A stretch of 64,000 bases of DNA from the human T2T-CHM13v2.0 reference genome, Homo sapiens. Where the stretch lies: NCBI RefSeq assembly GCF_009914755.1, contig NC_060930.1; one strand, 5' to 3'. The notes beneath the pieces were generated by a model. The model made no database searches and was not told the origin of the DNA. It worked only from the letters and a program-made list of their open reading frames with translations. Made by a program: the position numbers and the translations under genes. This document shows, in pieces, positions 13,843-30,975 of this stretch (the first letter of the stretch is position 1; each line of letters begins with the position of its first letter).

Positions 13843-15519
13843 AAGTCATGCTAGAAGTCGTATAAAATTCATAAATGACAGACAAATTCTTTAAGTGTAA
13901 AAAAGTGCTGATGGATCAAATGCTTAAAAATTTGATACAGTTACTCTATTATCTTACATAATACAGTTGAATGCAACATAGTTCCTGGCCACTTAAAGTA
14001 TTTTTCCCCCTGGTATTAAATCACTTATTATTAGATCACTAGATTGACCATTGTATGCCTTGTATTAGGTAGCTTCTTTTTTTAGTACTATGACACCTAT
14101 TATTTTAAAGTATTTATTTAGACAGGCATTGAGAAATAGGAGCATACAATCTTCTGCAAAATAATGATTTTGATAAGCAGAATTACATAAAATAATACTG
14201 GAAAATATTGGAAATCAAGTCTTAGACTATTGACTATTACAATTTCTTTTCACTTTTTTTAACTTTTGTCTCTTCTTTACCTTCTATCTTCTATTGTTTA
14301 ATTCACCTTGCCTTCATCCCCTGATTCTTTCTCCATGTACTTGCATGTGTGTTTTAATTCTTCTGAAATAAAGTGTGTAGTGAAGACGATTTAAAGGATC
14401 AGATTCCAGTTGCATAAAACCTCTCCAAGAGAATTACTGGGTATCAGAACCCAGAAGCATACTTTGGTGATCCTAGAGACCCCACCTTGATAATGCTCTT
14501 CCGGCAGAGCCCTGCCGGGCACTTGCTAGGTAACAGCCAAACGGCCCTTACCTGGCTTCAATCAGACCAAATAGTGCAGCACCATCCAATGCTTTGCAGA
14601 AACCTGAGAGAGCTGTTTCAACATTGGACTTGCTTATTGTTTATTTTTCTTCTGTATGGAACTCTAACTAGTGAAGAGAAGAGAATTAATAAAACAGCCA
14701 AGTGCGTTTCAGCACACCAGATAGGCTGGAGAGACCATAGTCAACCTCTTACTTGGAGATGTGTCCTACATGTAGCCGCTTACCGTAGAGTACTGTACCT
14801 TAGAGAAGCAACATTTTAGAGATGATCTTGGAGATTCTGGTATTATTCCTGCTAACAATTTAAAGATCAACCCCTTTATTTACTATAAAATAGAAAATAA
14901 CCCCTTGTTAAATGTAGAAATGAGGTTTCAAAGAAACTGTATGCTTAATGCTCCATAGAAACATGAAACTTTGGAAACTATTGAATAGATGGCCTGTTTC
15001 TATTCTACATATAATTTCAAAACTTAAAAAAATTCAAACCAGATTAGTTGTGAACCACGGCATTTTCCAAATACTAATTCATTCTCTGTCTCACAGTTTA
15101 CTAGCATCCACCTCGTAAGGCTTTTGAGGATTTAATAAGTTAATACATTTATAATCGCTCAGAACATTGTCACAGAGTGTTCAAAAGTATGACCTGTTGC
15201 AATTTTATGACCTGTGTGCTCATAATGTTAACTACAGAGGAACTTACATAATTGATATATTTATTAAATAACTTTTAATATAAATAACATGTATAAAATA
15301 CAATAAAATCAGCTAACAAGAGAATGGGAGTAAATTATTTTTTCTTGGGTTGGAGGCAAGTGCCGGAAAGCCTTCATGTGAGGTAATGTTTGAGTAGGGT
15401 TTTCAAGGATAGATAGAAGCTTGCTAAGTAGACAAAGACAAGATTAACTTTCAATGCCGGCCAAATAACATTACTCTGTGTTTAGAGACAGCCAGTATTT
15501 CCCTCATATTTGCTAGATA

Positions 15520-15650
15520 AATGTTTCTATTTTAATGTGTACCTACATCACCTGAAGACCTTGTTAAAGTTTCAGATTCTGATTTAGTAGGTCTGAATCA
15601 GGACCTAATATTTTGTACTTCTCAGGCTCTGAGTATGAAGACACTAGATT
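15520..15650. mobile_element. MER5-like hAT-Charlie fragment
   Basis: ATCACCTGAAGACCTTGTTAAA...CAGATTCTGATTTAGTAGGTCTG. Confidence 0.55.
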
Positions 15651-15673
15651 ATTATAAAATCTTCCCTTGGTAC

Positions 15674-15891
15674 CATATACCCCCCCAATTATATGGGGAC
15701 CTCCGCATATACCAAAATCTGAGCATACTTAAGTCCCACAGTCAGTTCTGTGAAACCCACAAATGGAAAAACTTGACCCATCATCTAATTGGGTTTTACA
15801 TCCTATGAATACTTTATTTTCAATTTGTCGAAAAAGTCCATGTGTAAGTGGACCCACACAGTTCAAACCTGTGTTGTCCAAGAGTCAAATG
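15674..15891. mobile_element. MER8 (TcMar-Tigger MITE)
   Basis: ATACCAAAATCTGAGCATACTTAAGTCCCACAGTC and end AAGTGGACCCACACAGTTCAAACCTGTGTTGTCCAAGAGTCAAATG followed by TA. Confidence 0.8.
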
Positions 15892-16041
15892 TAGTCTTGT
15901 CTTAACATTGTCTTTAGATACTGTTAACTTATTTTATAAAAAAACGTGTATCCTTAAAGCATAAAAGAAAATAATGCAGAACTGTCATTACTCACTCAAA
16001 TCTTTACATGAGCTGATTAACAATCTCTGGTGGATCTTATT

Positions 16042-16175
16042 TTAGCAGTTGTTAACCTGAGGTCCATGAATGAGTTTTAGGTGTCTGCGAGTCCCTCAAA
16101 TTGTAGACATACTTTTGTGTGTCTGTAAGCTTAATGGTTTTTCATGGAAGAGGGGTCATATTTTTCAACTGTTTT
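16042..16175. mobile_element. MER103C-like fragment
   Basis: TTAACCTGAGGTCCATGAATG...TTTTGTGTGT...GAGGGGTCATA resembles MER103C. Confidence 0.55.
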
Positions 16176-17754
16176 TCATGATGTTCCTCCTCTGCCTGAT
16201 TCATATGAGTGGAGCTTCTGGTATTCTATTTTCAGTCATTTAAATACACATCTCTTGGAGCTGTTTTGAGCTGCGGTCAGCTGCCTTTACCGACTTATGT
16301 ATAGTTTTCTAAATAGAGACCTAGAAGTCACTTCGCTAAAGTTGCTTTGGACAGATTCAGTGGGATATACAAACAACAAATCTAGGAGTTTAGTCAGTAA
16401 TTTGTTCTCATAAGATCTGCTAGATCTAGTCCCACTGGGCTATGAAGGCTAGCTGAGACTTAGCCCTATCACATCAATGAGACAGTAGGGGTGTATTCAG
16501 GAACCTGGGAGCTAGACTAGATAAAAGTGGGCTTCTTTAAGGCCTCAGAAGTGAGAGAGACGGGCTTATAACTTGGGAAGACAAGGATTTAAGAAAGGTT
16601 TTAAATTAAGAATTTCTTAATAGGAGTTTTCTTCCACTGAGACCCAAAATGCCTACATGGAATTGGCAAGAAGTGCTCAGAATACCAGTGGTGTTTGAGG
16701 GGCACATTTATAATCCAAAGCCCTCACAGCCTACCAGAACCTGATGGAATTTTTGAGAGACACCATAATCAGAGGACAGGTGCGACAAGAGCCAGGGCCC
16801 TCTCCTGGTTCCAGGTCTCATTTCTGAGGACTGAAAGCTTACAATCCAAACCACAAAGCTGAATGTCTCTGGCATCCTTGGCCTGACCTGAGCCAATGCA
16901 TGCACATGGGCTCTGCTGAGGTGAAGGGTGAGCAGCAACAGGCAGTGCCAGGATTGTCAGGTGGCAGTGGCATTGTGGGTTATGTTCGGAGCCTGCAGCT
17001 ATAGGGAGAAGTATGGTCTTGCTCCTGCAGATGAGTTCTGGAAAGAACTGGATGGCTTGTCAGGGTTCTAGTCAAGTCAAATGACCCAAGGTTTAGTGAA
17101 ATGCTTTAGTTTCAACTGAGAAAACTCGAGGATACATCAGAAATCAAGATGAATATCTGGTTATATATATTTTATACACAGGAAGTCAGAAAGAAAGGCT
17201 ACAGCCAAGTAAGCATACAAATTAATATTGGCTTGTCCTAGATCTACTAGATGCCACAATGAGGGTAGCAGTGGGTAAATCTAGACCTCAAGCACTGAGG
17301 AACTAGAGCTGCTGATATATGGCCAGCCTTAGTTAGTAATGAGTTGAAGTATTAATTAGTATTGAGTATATGCTGGCTGAAGAGCTTCAGTGCATGCATT
17401 TAGTCAGACCAAGGACAGGACAGCTGCTGGTGTGTGATAGGAACATGATGCTACCTAAGCACATTCTCTATTTGAGTTGTATCTTGGTAACAATTACAGA
17501 ATCTGTAATGCGTAAAATTGACTTCTGATTCTGTAATCATGTGTTCACTTGAGAAGAGATAGTGAGATTTTATAGCAGGTGCTCAGGACAGGTGCTAGAA
17601 TCAGAGAAGTGAGAATCATTTGCAATGTCTGGGTTCATGTTAGACTAGGTTCCTATTGAGACTCTCAGTAAGAATGAGGATGATTTGCTAGTTTTGAGGA
17701 GGGCAGCACAGATCATGGCATGAAAATATTTAGCCTATCAGTTATAGTCCCTTT

Positions 17755-17940
17755 TTTCATTTAATTAACATTTATTCAGTGCTTCAGTATATGTTCACAA
17801 CACTGTCTTAGATTTTGATAATGAAATATCTAAATTTCAGTCAGATAAAGGGACAGGCAGTCCATGAAGACAAGACAAAATCCACATTTCAGGACAAACA
17901 AATATCATGACTCTAAGTGTTACAAGTGTTATAAGGAAAA
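17755..17940 (-). mobile_element. L2 3' fragment
   Basis: TTCATTTAATTAACATTTATTCAGTGC and CTAAGTGTTACAAGTGTTATAAGGAAAA. Confidence 0.5.
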
Positions 17941-17966
17941 ACATACATACACACACACTCACATAC

Positions 17967-18327
17967 AGTATTAGTCCATTCTCATACTGCTATGAACAAA
18001 TACCTGAGACTGGGTAATTTATAAAGAAAAAGAGGTTTAATGGACTCACAGTTACACATGGTTTGGGAGGCCTCACAATCATGGAAGAAGGCAAAAGAGG
18101 AGCAAAGGCATGTCTAACATGGCAGCAGGCAAGAGAGCATGTGCAGGGGAACTACCCTTTATAAAACCATTAGATCTCATGAGACGTATTCACCACGAGA
18201 AAAGCATGGGAAAAACCCACCCCCGTGATTCAGTTACCTCCTATCAGGTCCCTCTCATGACAAGTGGGGATTATGGGAGCTACAATTCAAGATGAGATTT
18301 GAGTAGGGACACATCTAAACCATATCT
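17967..18327 (-). mobile_element. THE1 solo LTR (THE1D-like, MaLR)
   Basis: GTATTAGTCCATTCTCATACTGCTATG...GGGATTATGGGAGCTACAATTCAAGATGAGATTTG...AAACCATATC; TSD CATAC/CATAT. Confidence 0.9.
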
Positions 18328-18331
18328 CATA

Positions 18332-18367
18332 TACACACACACACTCACACACACACACACACACACA
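18332..18367. repeat. (CA)n microsatellite
   Basis: Directly visible. Confidence 0.95.
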
Positions 18368-19014
18368 ATTCTGGGCTAGTATATCAGTACTGAAGGGGCT
18401 CTTTTAGGGTAGTCAAGGGAGGCTTGCTAAGGAGGTGACAAAAGCCAAATTATATTTCCTCCCTTTAGTTTTCACTGTTCCTTTATGGCAGAGCCCTTGC
18501 TGGCAGACAGATGTGGGGTACAAGACAATCAGGAGGGCAGAGTGTCAGTCCTACAAAGAAGCTGCAGTGCTGAGAGGGCAATAAGATGGATACTGAGGTC
18601 GGACACCTGGGTAATAGGCCAGACCTTTGTATGGGCCCTTTCTATGGCTGGGGATAGGGAGAATTTCCCTTTAGGAGTTGAGGGGCCAGCAACTTAGTCT
18701 CTCAGTCAGTGGAGACAGGGTGGGAGGGTGAGTAGCAGGTAAGAGCCTACCTGGCAATTATGGAGGGATAAAAATATCCAGATCAAGGGAGTGTCCCCAG
18801 CATGCATTCAGCTTCCCTTCTTGGATGATACCCCTGAAAAATCTGAGAAGCTGTAGGATAGTCAAATGTGACCTTCCAAAAGTTGCTGATACCAGTCAAA
18901 TTGATACCAAACACTAATCTAAAGACTCATAAATGTGTGTCGCTGAATTCATTCAAAGGTCCTGGTCAGTTATTTAAAACCATCCTGTGATTAATAGATT
19001 TAAACCTTACCAAC

Positions 19015-19022
19015 GAGAGTGA

Positions 19023-19066
<44 letters not shown>

Positions 19067-19080
19067 GTGTGTGAGAGAGA
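19015..19080. repeat. (GA)n/(TG)n compound microsatellite
   Basis: Directly visible. Confidence 0.95.
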
Positions 19081-20448
19081 AAACCATGCAAAAATTGTCT
19101 TTGATGACTAAAATTAACAGAATAAACTCATAGGATAAGTCAAATCATCTTCTCAGACTATGGTTTTTTTTTTTTTTGAAGTGAAAAAAAAACTCTTCAA
19201 AAACTTCTCCTAGAGCAAGAAAAACTTCCAAAATCTGAGAGAAATGACAGGTATTTTAAGACTAAAGTTTGATTAGAAATGTGATAAGATAGAGGTAGTT
19301 CTCAGGAACAATGGAGGAAATTTGAAAATACTCCCTCTGAACTCCAGAAATAGAAATGCAAATCTGAAACTGTCGCTGAATGATTTAAAGAAGTTGAACA
19401 AACTTAACATAATCATATTGCAGATCAGGCGATTCTGAGGTGAAATTAAGGATGAAAATCATATGAAAGAGGAAAAGGTCAGAGAAAAGAAGCAAGAGTA
19501 GGGAAATAAAAGGCAAAAGAAAATCACAGAAAGAGGCAGAACAAAGGCCATCTTCACTTTGCACTTAACTCAGGTATGTCCTCCTGTTCTGTCTTCTAGG
19601 GTAGGGGCAAGAAGCTGATCTAGAAGCCAGATAAATTTGATGTTTCTGTTTATCCATTTCACCTAAAATGCTGATTTCCTCTCTCTTCATCCAGTTTTCT
19701 TCTGCTTCTAGTTTTTATTTTCTGGTTATCCTGATCAATTTTGATTTTCCTTTTCCTGGAGTGTTCATAGAGAAGATACAGCTTAGACTGACAGACAATT
19801 GGGTCATCAGAATAAAATCTAGGATAGTTTCATATGTATAAGATATGCTATATTTTAAAGTAAACTTTGAAGTTGATTCAATTTCACACTTCCAATCAAA
19901 TGGCACTATTGTAATAGAGAGCCATTATAAAGAAGCTACAGAACTTCAAGCTTAGATTTCCTCAGCTTTGATAAATTGAGGTCTGCAATACACTGCCCTT
20001 AAAAAGTCTCCTTCACTAAAATACCTTACTCATTCTGACCAGAGTGAGGGCTATATAGCATACTCATCCTCAACTGTGGAGAAGCTAGAATAAATGGTGT
20101 AGGGTCTTCTGTGTCTTGGGGAAGCTCTATGTGTGCATCTCACATGCCACCCTTCTTGACACTGTATTAGTCAAGTCCTCTTGCCTATACTTCTGTTTTG
20201 GTTTCTGATGAGAACTTTACTTTTCTCTGATAAGGTTGACACATTGTTGAGAAGTTCAGCAAGCTTACAGAGGCTCTGACTTTCAGCCTATCTCTCGTCT
20301 TTTGTGGGTCCTTCCTCTTAGGAGAATACACAAGACATTATTCCCTGACATGCTTTTTGAGGCTCTGTAAGAAATGAACACTTTACCAAAAACCCCTTTG
20401 TAGCCTGCTGCGTGAAAGTGAGAATTACCACTGTGGGGAAATTCCAGC

Positions 20449-20617
20449 TCAGTGGTTCTCCACTCTGGCTTCACATTAAAAACACCTGGGGCATTTAAAA
20501 ACCAATGCAGATACCTCAGCCCCCAGTCCAGGAAAGTTAATCAGAATCACTTGGATATAGGTAGTTTCGAAAGCTCCCCAGGTGATCCTCATGTATTGCC
20601 ACAGCTGAGAATCTTTG
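20449..20617. mobile_element. MER5A1/MER5-type MITE
   Basis: TIRs CAGTGGTTCTC ... GAGAATCTTTG; internal AAAGCTCCCCAGGTGATCCT. Confidence 0.75.
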
Positions 20618-21999
20618 CCTCTGTTAGTTGCTCTGCCCATCTAATTGAAATAGATTCTCTCAGGTGTCGCTGAATAAGGACCAGGTTTACTTAAGCTCAC
20701 CATTTCTGTAGAAATTTAGATTCTGGTAACCACTATCAGGAGATCTGTATTAGGTCAGTTCACTCAACCCTGGCTTTCCTGTTTCAGCTTCCTTTGCAAC
20801 TCTGTCAGTGGAAGACAAGTTGGGGTAGACAGGGTACAAGGACAGCATGGAAGAAAGAAAAAAATGCATCCCATTTTTTGTTATTTTCTCAACAGTCTCT
20901 GAAAGAAAAGAAAAAGAAGGTGAGTGTGAATAAAACCTTTGCAGCTTTATTCAAAGTGTTAGAATCTATACCCTATATTTCTTGTTGGATATAAACTAGG
21001 GCAAATAACATCCTCAGAAAAGTGTTTCTTTTCTTGTTGCCAAAAATGTAAAACTAGGATAAAAGATAAAAAGTTTTCTACGTGAGGGTTAGAGACAACT
21101 CATCTGTTAATTTCCTGCTCCTGTTGGCTTACTTGCCTAGCCTTCTGACTTCTGCTGCCTATAAAAAAGTCATATATGGGCATTTGCAGTTTTGATGAGG
21201 TAAAATTTTAGAATACTCTGGATGAGATACCGTCACAGAGTAAAATGGTGGGGTTCATCATATTTCATTAGGATAAGCTGAAGGGAAATATTTGTAGGTA
21301 ATTTAATTTCCAGAAATAAGAGTTCAAGTGTGATCGTTGGGTCAGTGGAGAAATTAAACTTATTCTTTATAACTTATTAAGTCCAGTGAGAAATGTCTAG
21401 GAGTGGATGTAGAGAAGTACAGTGACTTTTAGTAAAAAGGTTATTCCAAGTAACACTCTTTGGAGCCTTCAGGAATGAAAACGTAGGTATGAGGCATTCT
21501 CACTTGGATTTTAATGGTTCTGATAAAATGGCATGGAGGAGTAGTGATTTGAAAAAGAGCAAATACCACCCAGTTGCTTTTTATTAGGGTTATAGAATTG
21601 TACCTGGTAAAAGGAATAACCAAGAACCCGTGATGAAGCTCTGGGAAGTCACTTGAGTGAAGCCGAGAAAACTACCTCATTTGAAAAAAAGCACACATCC
21701 TAAAAGAAAATCAGATGAAAGATTATGTTCTCTCTCAAATGGTATCTGGTTAGCAGGGCCTGAGGCAGAAACTCAACATTGAAAACTAACACAGACAGAT
21801 ACCCTGCCACCCTTATCCTGGAGGAATTTCTAATTTTAACAACAGCAGACCCAGAGTGAAATCAGCTTCTGTATCTCCTCAGTGAGCAGCAGTTACTCTT
21901 ATTCAACAAATGTTTGTAGAATACATGAATTATGTATAAGAATATATATAATTATATAAGAGAATGAATAATGAGATAAAAAGAAATCAAGAAGGCACT

Positions 22000-22450
22000 T
22001 TAACCCTGCCACATTGGTAATATCAATCAAATGTCTTCAATTAATTCCTACCCTTTGATCTAGCAATTATACCTTAGGAATCTGTTCTAAGGATATAAAA
22101 AACGCAAATTTATGTGAAGTATCTTCATAAAAGCATTATTCATAATATTAAAACATTACAATATTGGATTAAATCGAAATGTTCAATAATGTGAAAATAA
22201 TTAGATGATTACATATTATGTTTCTGAAGGCTGTATATTATAAAAACCCGCATTTTCTACTAAGTGGGAAAAATAAATGTATATACACATTTTTCTTATA
22301 ATTAAAGAAATAAGTGACTTTTCTGTCTGTCTACAAAAGACTAAAAAGAAATATATCACCATGTTGACGGTAGATATCTGGGTATTTGGGTAATAGATTG
22401 TTATTGTCTACATCTTGTACAATAAGTTTTGTGTTACTTTTTTATTTGAA
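22000..22450 (+). mobile_element. Old L1M (L1ME-like) 3' fragment
   Basis: CCCTTTGATCTAGCAATT...TAGGAATCTGTTCTAAGGA and AGCATTATTCATAATA. Confidence 0.6.
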
Positions 22451-23173
22451 AAAAACCAGAGATATTAATTTTAGGAAGCTTTTTTATATCTTGAGATTGT
22501 AGATAAAGATACTGTACAAAGATTCCTCTGATATGGTTCAATCAAAGAGTATTTACCATGTGGTAAGCACTGCATATGGTTGTAGATGGTATTGAAGTTT
22601 CTTCAGAAGGTGTCTGGGGGCAGAGAGCTAGCTATCTGGTTGAAATAGTACAAAAGTCCATTTAATGTATGCTAAATTGAAAGGCCTGATTGAAGTACTG
22701 GGGAGGGACAGAGTAGATTGAGGTATACGAGCTGCTGTAGGCAGAATGACTTCAAGAGTATTGAGGCTGATGAAATTTCAAGTTGTCCCTAAAGAACAAG
22801 GTGTTACAGGCAGGGCAAGTGGTAGAAGTAGAAACAAACACTGAGTGAGCTATGAAAAAAAGACAAGGCAAATCTGAATGGAGATTGCATGTTGGGGAAT
22901 AGTGGAAAATAAACTTAGATAATTTGGGGGAAGTTGGATTTTGAGCAGGGTTATGAATTGGCAAGAGAACTGATAGGGCTATGTGTGTTCAATGTAAGAA
23001 TGAAATAAGTAAAGCAACTAAGTCAGTTGTTGCAATTTTTAAAGGACTAGGGGAAATGAAAGAACTAGACTGAGTGGGATCTACGCAATTGATGATACAG
23101 AAGCTATAAATAGTCACCATCAAATGGTTGTTGGGAGAAAACACAATCTGCAAGATAAAAATGGGGGAGGTAA

Positions 23174-23300
23174 GGCCAGGCTTTTGCCTGTAATCTCAGC
23201 ACTTTGGAAGGCCCAGGTAGGAAGATAACTTCAGGCCAGGAGTTCAAAACCAGCCTGGGCAACATAACAAGACCCTGTCTTTACAAGAAAAAAAAAATAA
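23174..23300 (+). mobile_element. FLAM_C / Alu left monomer
   Basis: GCCTGTAATCTCAGCACTTTGG...GGCCAGGAGTTCAAAACCAGCCTGGGCAACATA plus A tail; no right arm. Confidence 0.85.
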
Positions 23301-24964
23301 ATTGGGCAGAATAAAAAGAAGCCTTTTAGGTTGTGAGTTACAGGAAAAAGAGGTAAAGAACATAAATGAACAAGGCAAACACATGAGGAAGTGTGCTCTT
23401 GGCTAAGGAGTACAAAAATTCAAAATAGCAGAGTGATTCAACTCATTCGTCTGAGTGCCTCCCAGAAACCATATTGCTGCTTTGAATGTGGAAACTGTAA
23501 CTGAATGAAACGTTGTGTTGTTTGCATTCTGTTGCCATCTGCTGTGAAAGCAAGGCCCTGAAGGTTTTACCTACAAAGAAAAACTTAAATTCTTAAGATG
23601 TTTTGGAAATTTTTCTCAAAAAAAAGAAAAAAAAACCCACAAAATTTTCTCAAGAGCTCCAAAGAATGCATAATGACAAGTAAACAAGGCAGAATTTAAA
23701 AAGAAAGAAAGAAAAATCTTGCAAAGAGTTACAGGGATATGTTACTGGCATCGAGAAGGAAGAAGGCAGATTTGTAATGATGAGTGAATTAAATAGAAAT
23801 ATAATTTGTCTTGATTCATAGTATCCCAGATAAAACAGAATTTTTAATTAAACGTATAATTATTACAGAAAAGGCAAGAAACTCTGTGCCTTGAGGTGAG
23901 AGAGAAAGTAAATGGGATGCCACAGGGTCAGTGATCTGCTGTGGGCAGCCCCTGATGCTTTTGTGACTGTTGGTCCAGCTTTTGCACTAGATAGTTCCAG
24001 GGGTCTTGAAAAATGGAAATCTGGATCAATGTTGCCATCTGCCCAGGCTTAGTTTTGGCAAGCTGTTAACTTATTGCCTCGGGTCATACATTGATTCCTA
24101 GATTAAAGGATTAAAGTACTAATGTAAATACTCTAATCCAGCTACCAGAACCACAAAATGGAGGAATAGGCCTCCAACTTTTAATTTAATTATGCTGTCT
24201 ATTCAGGATATTTAACAAGGGGGCTATTATGTCATGTGTAGTAAGCATTTCTAAAGGCTCTGATGAAGGAAGTCAAGTCTTGTGAAAAGATCTGCCTTAT
24301 AAAGAAGGTTACTGAATGGTTTTAATTTTTTAAAAATCTTGTTGAGACCAACTGAGATTAAGTTAATAAAGGGTTAGAAAGATAATTCTGGAAGATAAAT
24401 GAACAACAAAAAATTCTGAGTAAAAACTAATTGAACAAATGACATAACATTTTAAAATGCAACCAGCAAAATTAAATGCAAAGATTAAGGCACCCCACTT
24501 TTAAATACTCTTAATAAAAATAAATAAAGCATAGAAATTATATAAAGAGCTACTTTATTTGTCTTGTTTTTATTTTTTTGAAAGATACATGATATCTGGA
24601 TATCCTAAAAAACATGTGAGTCTGTTGTGATCACCAATAATAGTAGTTGATGAGGCTTGTGATGGCCATTGATGTCAGGATTAACTGTGTGGTATCTGCA
24701 AAGCTAGGGAGTATGCCTAAAGAAATATTGTTATTGAACTCCTGGGAATCACTCGTTAATGAATGTGTGGGTTAAACTACAAGTTTATTACCTGGTACAT
24801 TTTTAAGGAGAGCATTTCTACTAACAGCATTTGTCCAAAATGATCTGAAGAACATCAATAAAGAACTGTAACACCTCTGCAAAATGATGCATTTATAAAC
24901 TTTGACCATAGGTGACCTTATTAGCTATGGCAGTAAGATGCTGCTGAGAGTGACAGGCACTAAT

Positions 24965-25120
24965 CATAGTCCTTGTAGAACTGGAAGGAGCTTTAGAAAA
25001 GGATCTTTGCCAATCCTTTCATTTTATAAATAAGGGAGCTAAGGCCAGATAGGTTGTCGCTTGCCCAAGGTCATATCATTAACTGGTAGTAGAGCTAGGA
25101 CTGGAATACCAATCTCCAGA
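24965..25120 (-). mobile_element. MIR fragment
   Basis: CATTTTATAAATAAGGGAGCTAAGGCCAGA...CTTGCCCAAGGTCATA...AGAGCTAGGACTGGAA. Confidence 0.75.
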
Positions 25121-25293
25121 GAAATCTTGGATTGACAGTTCTGACATTGGGCATCTTTCCTGGATATCACCTTGCCCTATCCTACCCTGAATCAAGAATA
25201 ATGTAGACTCTTCCAAAGAAACAACAACAACAAAAGAGGCTACTGATGAGAGAAAAACAGGTGCAAGAGAATGATAATTTCAAAAGCTATTAG

Positions 25294-25663
<370 letters not shown>

Positions 25664-25769
25664 TCATAACACATTTCTTCAAGATACAAGATTTCTTTAA
25701 GATATACAGAATATGGAGGTGACTTAAATACTTGTTATTATCACCAGTATCACCATCGTCATGCCATTA

Positions 25770-25839
25770 TCATTACTTGAGAACTAATAATGTGCCCGGC
25801 ACTTTTAGATATTTTACAAACATTATATCCTTGGTTCTT
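25770..25839 (-). mobile_element. MIR 3' part, split by the L1 insertion
   Basis: CATTACTTGAGAACTAATAATGTGCCCGGCACT...TTTTACAAACATTAT; continues after 31892. Confidence 0.55.
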
Positions 25840-26068
25840 TTTTTTTTTATTTTTTTATTTTTTATTATACTTTAAGTTTTAGGGTACATGTGCACATTGT
25901 GCAGGTTAGTTACATATGTATACATGTGCCATGCTGGTGCACTGCACCCACTAACTCATCATCTATCATTAGGTATATCTCCCGATGCTATCCCTCCCCC
26001 CGCCCCCCACCCCACAACAGTCCCCAGAGTGTGATATTCCCCTTCCTGTGTCCATGTGATCTCATTGT

Positions 26069-29910
<3,842 letters not shown>

Positions 29911-29958
29911 TTATTTTACTCGTTAGTTGATGCAGTTTCTTCCTAGTCTCGATGGTCT

Positions 29959-30975
29959 TTACATTTTGGCATGATTTTGCAGCAGCTGGTACTGGTTGTT
30001 CCTTTCCATGTTTAGTGCTTCCTTCAGGAGCTCTTGTAAGGCAGGCATGGTGGTGACAAAATCTCTCAGCATTTGCTTGTGTGTAAAGGATTTTATTTCT
30101 CCTTCACTTATGAAGCTTAGTTTGGCTGGATGTGCAATTCTGGGTTGAAAATTCTTTTCTTTAAGAATGTTGAATATTGGCCCCCACTCTCTTCTGGCTT
30201 GTAGGGTTTCTGCCAAGAGATCCGCTGTTAGTCTGATGGGCTTCCCTTTGAGGGTAACCCGACCTTTCTCTCTGGCTGCCCTTAACATTTTTTCCTTCAT
30301 TTCAACTTTGGTGAATCTGAGAATTATGTGTCTTGGAGTTGCTCTTCTCGAGGAGTATCTTTGTGGTGTTCTCTGTATTTCCTGAATCTGAACGTTGGCC
30401 TACCTTGGTAGATTGGGGAAGTTCTCCTGGATAATATCCTGCAGAGTGTTTTCCAACTTGGTTCCATTCTCCCCATCACTTTCAGGTACACCAATCAGAT
30501 GTAGATTTGGTCTTTTCACATAGTCCCATATTTCTTGGAGGCTTTGCTCATTTCTTTTTATTCTTTTTTCTATAAACTTCCCTTCTCACTTCATTTCATT
30601 CATTTCATCTTCCATTGCTGATACCCTTTCTTCCAGTTGATCGCATTGGCTCCTGAGGCTTCTGCATTCTTCACGTAGTTCTCGAGCCTTGGTTTTCAGC
30701 TCCATCAGCTCCTTTAAGCACTTCTCGGTATTGGTTATTCTAGTTATACATTCTTCTAATTTTTTTTCAAAGTTTTCAACTTCTTTGCCTTTGGTTTGAA
30801 TGTCCTCCCGTAGCTCAGAGTAATTTGATCATCTGAAGCCTTCTTCTCTCAGCTCGTCAAAGTCATTCTCCATCCAGCTTTGTTCCGTTGCTGGTGAGGA
30901 ACTGCGTTCCTTTGGAGGAGGAGAGGCGCTCTGCTTTTTAGAGTTTCCAGTTTTTCTGTTCTGTTTTTTCCCCAT
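29959..30975 (-). pseudogene. L1 ORF1 with nonsense mutations
   Basis: MGKKQNRKTGNSKKQ...LQNHAKM*; 1017 nt, the canonical length; CGA>TGA stops at codon 49 (30829-30831) and codon 130 (30586-30588). Confidence 0.95.

Noticed and set aside
14487-14819. 110-aa ORF in unique DNA
   Set aside because: Begins at TTG, has no recognisable domain, and its length is compatible with chance in 64 kb
16700-17450. GC-balanced stretches (also ~3200-3640 and ~18440-18900) as possible pseudogenes
   Set aside because: No recognisable protein, tail or TSD; more likely ancient LTR remnants that I cannot assign
23525-23545. CTCF-like ACAGCAGATGGCAAC on minus (and a weaker one at ~4780)
   Set aside because: Mismatches at core positions; equally explained as an E-box
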